In this document: positions 57,313 through 64,000 of the stretch, piece after piece | Layout of the letters: each line of letters opens with the position of its first letter | Numbering within the stretch: position 1 is the stretch's first letter | Assembly: GCA_046483985.1 (NCBI GenBank) | Contig: JAWOCD010000092.1 | Location: 1 to 64,000, forward strand | DNA from: Promethearchaeia archaeon | Lineage (GTDB): Archaea; Asgardarchaeota; Lokiarchaeia; Sigyniarchaeales; SOKP01 | DNA length: 64,000 nucleotides | Reading direction: 5' to 3' | The notes under the pieces: generated by a model | What the model was told of the DNA's origin: nothing | Database searches by the model: none | Seen by the model: only the letters and a program-made list of their open reading frames with translations | Made by a program: the position numbers and the translations under genes

Positions 57313-57870
57313 TTGTCGGTGATGGAAGAAATGAGTAATGATAAAACCACCAAAGAGAGTATAAAAAAGGAACTATTTCTTGAAAATTTTGAAGAACTTT
57401 CACTTAAAATCGAGCAATTGACTGATGAGGTCACTCAAATCAAGCACAAACTGGATAAGAAGAATAAAATTAACCGCTCATTTGGGTTAAAGGCTTTACG
57501 GAACTCTGAACCATTAGAATTTGTGAGGGATGTCCCTGGAATTGGGAGTCCCACTAAAAATTATTATTTATCTTTTCGGGCAATTACCGAACAATGGAAA
57601 GGGCGGAAAAATGATATATTGATTACCATTAGACAAGAAGATAAACAGTCTCAAAAGGATATTAAAGCATTGGGAATTCGAATGCCGATCAAAGATATAA
57701 AAAATATCAGAATATTAACCCGAGAAATCATCTCGTTATTATACGTGGCATGTCAACTGAAGGGTATTGAAATTAATGAGTTTCTACGGGAAATTCTTCA
57801 GCAAATCAACGAAGAAGGGGAGAGTATGGTTAGGGAGATAAAGAATAAGATGAATTTTGGGGGGTATTAG
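57313..57870 (+). CDS. Hypothetical protein (N-terminal coiled coil)
   Basis: 185-aa ORF with normal composition. Confidence 0.65.
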   Translation: MSVMEEMSNDKTTKESIKKELFLENFEELSLKIEQLTDEVTQIKHKLDKKNKINRSFGLKALRNSEPLEFVRDVPGIGSPTKNYYLSFRAITEQWKGRKNDILITIRQEDKQSQKDIKALGIRMPIKDIKNIRILTREIISLLYVACQLKGIEINEFLREILQQINEEGESMVREIKNKMNFGGY

Positions 57871-57978
57871 ATTTTTGGAGCTTTTCATGCAATACTAAAT
57901 TTCAAAATTAAGAAATTTCTCAATTTTTAAAAATTATAATCATATTCATTTATTATTGAGATTCAATAAATTAAAAAA

Positions 57979-58371
57979 ATGCAAGGCACCTATATCCTTG
58001 TTTTATTCGCAAAGAAAAGTTTTACGAAGACTATCGGTGCTCTCGGAGATGTAGTTTTTAAAAGAGGTTTCTACTGCTATGTGGGATCGGCAATGGCCAA
58101 AAGGGGGTCAGCTACCTTGGAAAATAGATTGAGGCGACATGTAAGAGCGACAAATGAAAAGGGAATCCACTGGCATATTGATTATCTGCTGACTAATAAA
58201 TACATTATAGTCTATAAGATTTTTGTTATCCCCAATCCAGAGAGATTAGAATGTAGGATTGCTGAAGAATTAAGAGAAAAGGCAAAAGGATTTGTAAAGA
58301 ATTTTGGTTCTTCTGATTGTGCGTGTCCGTCCCATCTCCTCTATTTTCAAAAGTTACCTATCTTGAGATAA
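57979..58371 (+). CDS. GIY-YIG/Uri superfamily nuclease (DUF123)
   Basis: GTYIL, YCYVGSA, HWHIDYL, FGSSDC.C.SHL. Confidence 0.9.
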   Translation: MQGTYILVLFAKKSFTKTIGALGDVVFKRGFYCYVGSAMAKRGSATLENRLRRHVRATNEKGIHWHIDYLLTNKYIIVYKIFVIPNPERLECRIAEELREKAKGFVKNFGSSDCACPSHLLYFQKLPILR

Positions 58372-58424
58372 TGTATATAATTCATTATCAGATCTTTTTT
58401 CTTAAATATAATATTCTATAATCC

Positions 58425-59156
58425 ATGCCTTCCATTGGTCATGCTATTCTTGGCGGTGCGCTTGCTTTGATTTTGTATACGATAACCAATTCTGAGCACT
58501 GGAAAAGTGAAAAGCGTTTCAATGAGCGAATGGTTGTTCTAGTTGCATTTAACAGTTTTATCGGTCCCGATATATTTACTATGTTTTATGCTTTTAATCT
58601 GGACCCCAGCGTCATTCCGATCAGACCATTTGTGCATTCGGTAATCGGTTGGGTTATCTGGAGCGGTGGGATCATGTGGTTATGGTATTATATCATCAAT
58701 TACAAGGCAAAAGGAGAAGAAAGAATTTCTTTCCTGGCGACATTTGTACTATTAGTTGCCGCAGGGGAAGCGCACTTTTTCTTGGATTTTTTCGATAACG
58801 GAGTTGATTTAATCGGGTTTGGGGGGTTCCATCTGCATTTAACCTTGCAAGAGAATTTCCTCATCGCATTCGACTATCCGTACGGTCCGCTACACACCCT
58901 CTTTCCGTGGTTCTCGATGACGGAGTTATTTTTCATCGGCTTAGGCTTTATGATCCTTCTGATCTATTCCCTTTTTCATTGGAAACTAAGATATACCTAT
59001 TTTATCGCCATAATCTTCTTGACAACCTTAGTCATCCTCTATCTGCTGTTTGGTTCCTACATTGTGAGCTTTGAGAATGATTTCGGCATTATAATCCTTT
59101 TCGGGGGCTTTTTATTGGTCCCCATCTATCTCATGGTGGCTGCAATAGAACTGTAA
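58425..59156 (+). CDS. Membrane protein, YdjM-like metal-dependent hydrolase
   Basis: MPSIGH, GPD, HS, HFFLD motifs. Confidence 0.65.
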   Translation: MPSIGHAILGGALALILYTITNSEHWKSEKRFNERMVVLVAFNSFIGPDIFTMFYAFNLDPSVIPIRPFVHSVIGWVIWSGGIMWLWYYIINYKAKGEERISFLATFVLLVAAGEAHFFLDFFDNGVDLIGFGGFHLHLTLQENFLIAFDYPYGPLHTLFPWFSMTELFFIGLGFMILLIYSLFHWKLRYTYFIAIIFLTTLVILYLLFGSYIVSFENDFGIIILFGGFLLVPIYLMVAAIEL

Positions 59157-59166
59157 ATTTCATCTC

Positions 59167-59667
59167 TTAAAGAAGGAGAATAACAACGGTCCAGAGAATA
59201 ACGATCGTAATGATCTCGGTGATAACTCCCTTCTTTTCCTCATTTAGGTTGGGAAGCCACGAGAACGGAGGGACCTTTTCGCGGATAATATTGACCGCCC
59301 GATGAAAAAAAAACGGTTGTTTCTCGTTTTCATCTGCTAAATACGGGCGATAAATCCCCCAATCCCAAAAATCGACCAAATTCGCAAAGATCCCTCCCAA
59401 TAGAAAGAAGAGGAACTTTCCAATGACGATCCCCCAGATGATCAAAGCCACTAAGAGGGTTGGCGTGATAAGATGCCATACGACCCAGAATTTATCATCC
59501 TTATGCGGTTCGGGGGTGTGATAGGTAAATTTTGCCAATGCATCAATGAGAAAATGAGAAAGAAAAGCAAACACCATGGTAAAGATGATATCCAATGGGA
59601 AGATAAAGTACATGAAACATAAAAGCTGCACGAGAATCCCCGTCAACACATGCGTAATTGCTTCCAT
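59167..59667 (-). CDS. Membrane protein (HxxxD motifs)
   Basis: THVLTG, SHFLIDA, 4 TM segments. Confidence 0.65.
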   Translation of the reverse strand: MEAITHVLTGILVQLLCFMYFIFPLDIIFTMVFAFLSHFLIDALAKFTYHTPEPHKDDKFWVVWHLITPTLLVALIIWGIVIGKFLFFLLGGIFANLVDFWDWGIYRPYLADENEKQPFFFHRAVNIIREKVPPFSWLPNLNEEKKGVITEIITIVILWTVVILLL

Positions 59668-59786
59668 ATTTTTTTTGCAAATCCAAATTGGTTAAATCAA
59701 ATTAATATTAATTGTAAATATACCGAAAGACATAAAAATTTTGTACGAAAATCGAGCAATCTTCGGGACAAAAAAAGAAATAGAAA

Positions 59787-62541
59787 TTAATTTTGAAATC
59801 TTCTTCTCCTAAAAGACTTTCGCATAAGAACGACCACGGCGAGGAGTGCAAAGCCCATGATAAAAAGACAGTCATATCCGGAAATCTCAGCGGGTCCCCC
59901 CTCCCTTGCCTTAACTGTTATTTCAATCCATATCGATTGTGTTCTCCCGTTGGTATCATTCACCGATATCATGAGCCCGTAGGTTTTCACTTGCAAGACG
60001 GTGGCGTTGGTAATCACACCGTCCTCGTTGATTTGAAACTCATTTAAATTCACCCAATATTGGTCTATTCCGACATTATCAGTGGCATTTACATCGTACC
60101 GGAAGGGTTCTCCGAACATAATCGTTTGATCTTCGGGAATAGGGTCAAATATGGGATTTTCCCCATCTTCTTGCACGGAAATGTCGATCGAGGCCGAAAT
60201 TTCATTTCCGCTGGTATCATTCACATGAATGACCAATGTATATACCATCCATTTGGGAAGAGCTGTTATATTGGTAATAACGCCCTCATTGTCAATGTGG
60301 AAGGTATCCTCTAAATTAATCCAATATTGATCTATTGCCAAATTATCTGAAGCGTTCACATCGTAGCGAAAAGATTGACCAACATATACAATTTGATTTG
60401 TAAGTGGCTCCTCCCAGAAGGGATCAGCATTTTCTAATACAGTAATTGTAATTGTAGTAATATTATGACTTATCCCATCCGATGCATTTAACACAAGAAC
60501 ATAATTGCCTACGGCTAATAAGGTATCATTTGTTAATAAGCCGCTGGAATCTATGGTGAAATCTGAACCATTTACATCATAGAGCACGGGCTGAAAATCC
60601 GTTGCGTTTAAATCATAATTAAGGGGCTCTCCTAACTCAAGATCTTGATCTTCGGGCATTGGGTCCCATTGAGGTGCTTGTGTATTTTCCACGAGAATCG
60701 AAATTTCTGTAATATTGTCATTAGTCCCATCCGATGCATTTAACACAAGAACATAATTGCCTACGGCTAATAAGGTATCATTTGTTAATAAGCCGCTGGA
60801 ATCTATGGTGAAATCCGTCCCATTTACATCATAGAGCACGGGCTGAAAATCCGTTGCGTTTAAATCATAATTAAGGGGCTCTCCTAACTCAAGATCTTGA
60901 TCTTCGGGCATTGGGTCCCATTGAGGTGCGACCGTATCTTCTATGGTTTTTTTACACATGGGATATTCATCATAAGTGTTTATAGTGCCGTTGATTTTAT
61001 AAGGGATGTCCCAAACAACGCTGTTATTAGTAGCATCGGGGTGACGTTCCGTGTAATCGTCCCAGTAATTTCCAATTATCCCATTATCCCAGTTATTTTC
61101 ATCGGCATCAGAACAATAGGCTTGATATTGACTATTCTCAGCAACAATATTTTTCCACATGGTATTGTTGCTTGAAGAATCCAAGTAAATTCCGGTATCC
61201 CCGTTGTTGGAACAATTATTCTCCGAAATAAGTGTGTTGTTGCTTGATTTTAAAGATATTCCATATTTATCATTATTTGAGCAATCATTTCCCAAAACCG
61301 TGTTATTCTTTGAGGAATCCAAGTAAATTCCTTCTCCGTCGTTATTTTGTAAGTTTTTTATATTCGAGCAGTTATTGTCCAAAATAAACGTATGGTTGCT
61401 TGAAGATAAGTAGATACCATATTTATCATTATTTGAGCAATCGTTTTCCAAAACCGTGTTATTACCCATCCAAGCCAACCCCGTAGCGGTTCTTAGAGCA
61501 GTTATTAGCTGAAATGGTATTATAAAAACTTGGAGAATATAAGAAAATCCCATAAACATTGTTATTTGAACAGTTGTTGCCCGAAATAAGTGTACCATTG
61601 CTTGAAGATAGGTGAATACCATCATCACCATTATTTGAGCAGTTATTGCCTAAGATCGTGTTATTATTTGAAGAGTCCAAATGAAGACCATCACCATTGT
61701 AAGAACAATTATTACCTAAAACGGTGTTATTAATTGCGGAATCCAAAATAATTCCATTAAGATCGTTGTGTGAGCAGTTATTTCTAAAGATCGTATTATT
61801 GCTTGAAGATACTAGCCCAATTCCAGCATATGAATTATTGGAACAATTATTCCAAGAAATGGTGTTATTGATGGAGCTGTCTAATGAGATGCCCCAATCA
61901 TTTTCCGAACAAGTGTTGTTTATAATTTCATTATTATTGCTCGAGGAACACAACTCAATTCCCGGATCATCTTCATTTTTTGAGCAATTATTCCGCACGA
62001 TGGAATTATTGCACGACGACCCTACCAGATAGATTCCACTCCCACTATTGTTAAAGCACACATTACTTGAGATCATATTATTGCTTGAAGACGAAAGTAA
62101 AATTCCATAAGCGTTAATCATCAAAGTGTTGTTCATAATGTTGACATTTTTACAGTTGTAAAAATGCATTCCATTATTAGAATTTGCCGACCCGTTTTCG
62201 ACCGTACAGTTCCGAATGATGAGGTATGCATCAGTATTTCGAATGTAGATACCGTGAGCATCGGAAGCATTAATCACATAGTCTTCAATAACATAGGGAT
62301 CGTCATATGTGCCATTCCCTGTCGTATAGGATGATTCATTCAATTGGTCATTTCCGTCAATAGAAATCGGAGAGATGACTTCAGAGGTAGTCGGACTAGT
62401 AGGCGAGTCATCCGTCAAATTCTCTGACGGTGCTAAACGGATGAAATTGCCTCCGAGCAAGGGAAAAACTGAAGAAAAAGTCATGCAGAAGAAGAACAGA
62501 ATCGGAAAAAGTTTCTCAAATTTTTTCAAGTAAATCCTCAT
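59787..62541 (-). pseudogene. Frameshifted surface protein: signal peptide, NosD/parallel beta-helix repeats, cadherin/Ig-like repeats, Loki-CTERM-like anchor
   Basis: ORF 61462-62541 (signal peptide, GTYDDPYVIE, NNTIxxNNCS repeats) continues in another frame at about 61466 (GNNTVLENDCS) to ISGY-TM-RRRR. Confidence 0.75.
60473..60929. repeat. Near-perfect intragenic direct repeat, 252-bp period (60473-60677 and 60725-60929)
   Basis: Both encode APQWDPMPEDQDLELGEP...LNASDG; only a few substitutions. Confidence 0.92.
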
Positions 62542-62783
62542 TCATAAAATGGATTTAATTTTTTTAATACATAGATGAGGTAGAGATAGTTTAAAAATCT
62601 TGATCTAATCCGTGCTGCTGCTAAATACGAATCTGAATGGATGCGGCGAGAAAATTAGAGGAGATTCCCAATTTTAATATATATTTCTCAGAACGGAGAA
62701 AGAAGGATTGACCGGAAAATGGTCCAAAAATTTTTTAAGAGCACTTTCTCTAATTTCCAAAAATTAGAGAAATTACAAAAATC

Positions 62784-62873
62784 TCAGGAAACCCGTTTAG
62801 AGAGCCGCTCCGTACGATTTAGAAAGGATGTCATATTATAAACCCCGGTTAATACATGCATGATGGCTTCCAT
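62784..62873 (-). pseudogene. 5' remnant duplicate of the 59167-59667 gene
   Basis: MEAIMHVLTGV versus MEAITHVLTGI; both preceded by GATTTGCA. Confidence 0.6.
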
Positions 62874-63150
62874 GATATATGCAAATCTTAGTTATATTTT
62901 AAGTTGAATTCTATCAACAGTGTGTAATTTGATATATATCTAGACAAACTTGGACATTATTTAAACCTATTTATTATTTGCATAACTTAGCGCGTTAAAT
63001 CTCACTTTCATAAGAGATTATTCTCAAAATTTCTAATGACACTCCTCACAAAGAAATATTTAATTATATAGGAATTAGATAGTTATATAATATAGGTAAA
63101 ATTTCAATTATTTATACAAAAGAGATATATAAAATTTAGAGTGATATGAA

Positions 63151-64000
63151 ATGGGAATGTTAGATGGAAAAGTAGCAATCGTTACGGGAGCTGGAAGAGG
63201 ATTAGGTAAACAAGAGGCGTTAGCAATGGCGAGAGAAGGGTGTAATTTAGTTATCAATGATCTCGGGGCTTCCTTTGACGGAACTGGGAAAGAAACAAAG
63301 GTTGCCGATGAGGTCGCACAAGAATGTAGAGACCTCGGAGTTGAAGCCGTAGGAAATTACGATTCCGTGACAGATTTTGATAAAACAAAAGAAATGATTG
63401 ATCAAGCTGTAGAAGAATTCGGACACTTAGATATTATAATGAATAATGCCGGAATCCTTCGAGATAGGATGAGTTATAATATGAGCGAAGAGGAATTTGA
63501 TGCTGTAATTGATGTACATTTAAAAGGTACATTTAATTTGTGCAGACACGGTGGAGCTTATTTTCGAAATCAAGTGAAAGAAGGAAACAAAAAAAAGAAA
63601 TTTGGGCGAATCATTAATACTGCAAGCGATGCTGGACTTTTAGGAAATGTGGGTCAAGTGAACTACGGCGCTGCAAAAGCGGGAATCGCCGCAATGACCC
63701 TAATCTTATCGCAAGAATTAAAGAAATATGCAACTGTGAACTGCATAGTGCCAATGGCTCGGACTCGATTGACCACCGACGCAACCCCGAAATTTGCTGC
63801 TGTTATGAAAAAGAAGACAGAAGAAGGGTTTGATATTTTTAATCCAGCAAACATGGCACCACTCGTGGTGTTTTTGAGCTCTAAAAAGGCAAAAAGAATT
63901 TCGGGAGAGGTTTTTCGATTAGTTGGCGATAAGTTATGGGTGTTACGTGGATGGCACTCTGTCAACAAAATAGAAAATGATGGCAAACCCTTTACTCCAC
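63151..64000 (+). CDS. Short-chain dehydrogenase/reductase (3-hydroxyacyl-CoA dehydrogenase-like), runs off window
   Basis: Manual translation: MGMLDGKVAIVTGAGRGLG...NNAGILRD...VHLKG...NYGAAK. Confidence 0.92.
   Translation, partial: MGMLDGKVAIVTGAGRGLGKQEALAMAREGCNLVINDLGASFDGTGKETKVADEVAQECRDLGVEAVGNYDSVTDFDKTKEMIDQAVEEFGHLDIIMNNAGILRDRMSYNMSEEEFDAVIDVHLKGTFNLCRHGGAYFRNQVKEGNKKKKFGRIINTASDAGLLGNVGQVNYGAAKAGIAAMTLILSQELKKYATVNCIVPMARTRLTTDATPKFAAVMKKKTEEGFDIFNPANMAPLVVFLSSKKAKRISGEVFRLVGDKLWVLRGWHSVNKIENDGKPFTP

Noticed and set aside
61466-61631. Independent start for the 614-aa ORF
   Set aside because: Its first about 55 residues are an out-of-frame reading of the upstream beta-helix ORF; it is one frameshifted gene.
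63663-63986. 107-aa minus-strand ORF (and similar short opposite-strand ORFs throughout the track)
   Set aside because: Antisense shadows of well-supported genes (here the SDR).

Overview
AT-rich archaeal chromosomal window, almost certainly from an Asgard archaeon of the Lokiarchaeia/Promethearchaeota type. This is inferred from the aCPSF1/FttA, proteasome beta subunit, BHB-intron tRNAs, longin-like proteins, LRR proteins, a Loki-CTERM-like surface protein and an EF-2 paralogue lacking the diphthamide loop. It holds about 50 CDSs (housekeeping, sugar and isoprenoid-carrier metabolism, an AOR operon, several eukaryotic-signature-like proteins) and three tRNAs: Leu-UAA with two non-canonical introns, Gly-CCC, and Gln-CUG with a canonical intron and C33. 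There is no CRISPR array or rRNA. The main hidden structure is a set of eight IS200/IS605-derived pieces: one tnpA(truncated)-tnpB element at the left edge and seven miniature or remnant elements. Several keep the right-end/omegaRNA region while having lost tnpB, and one reads in frame into an LRR gene. Other notable points are two orphan structured ncRNA candidates (about 36.5 kb and 43.5 kb, the latter with a potential pseudoknot), probable ATT/ATA/ATC start codons, an HMG-CoA synthase-DUF35 fusion, an ITPK1-like ATP-grasp protein, a Zn-finger/winged-helix/appendage-domain protein, and a frameshifted surface-protein gene in a block flanked by a duplicated gene start. All assignments come from reading motifs by eye; no database searches were run.
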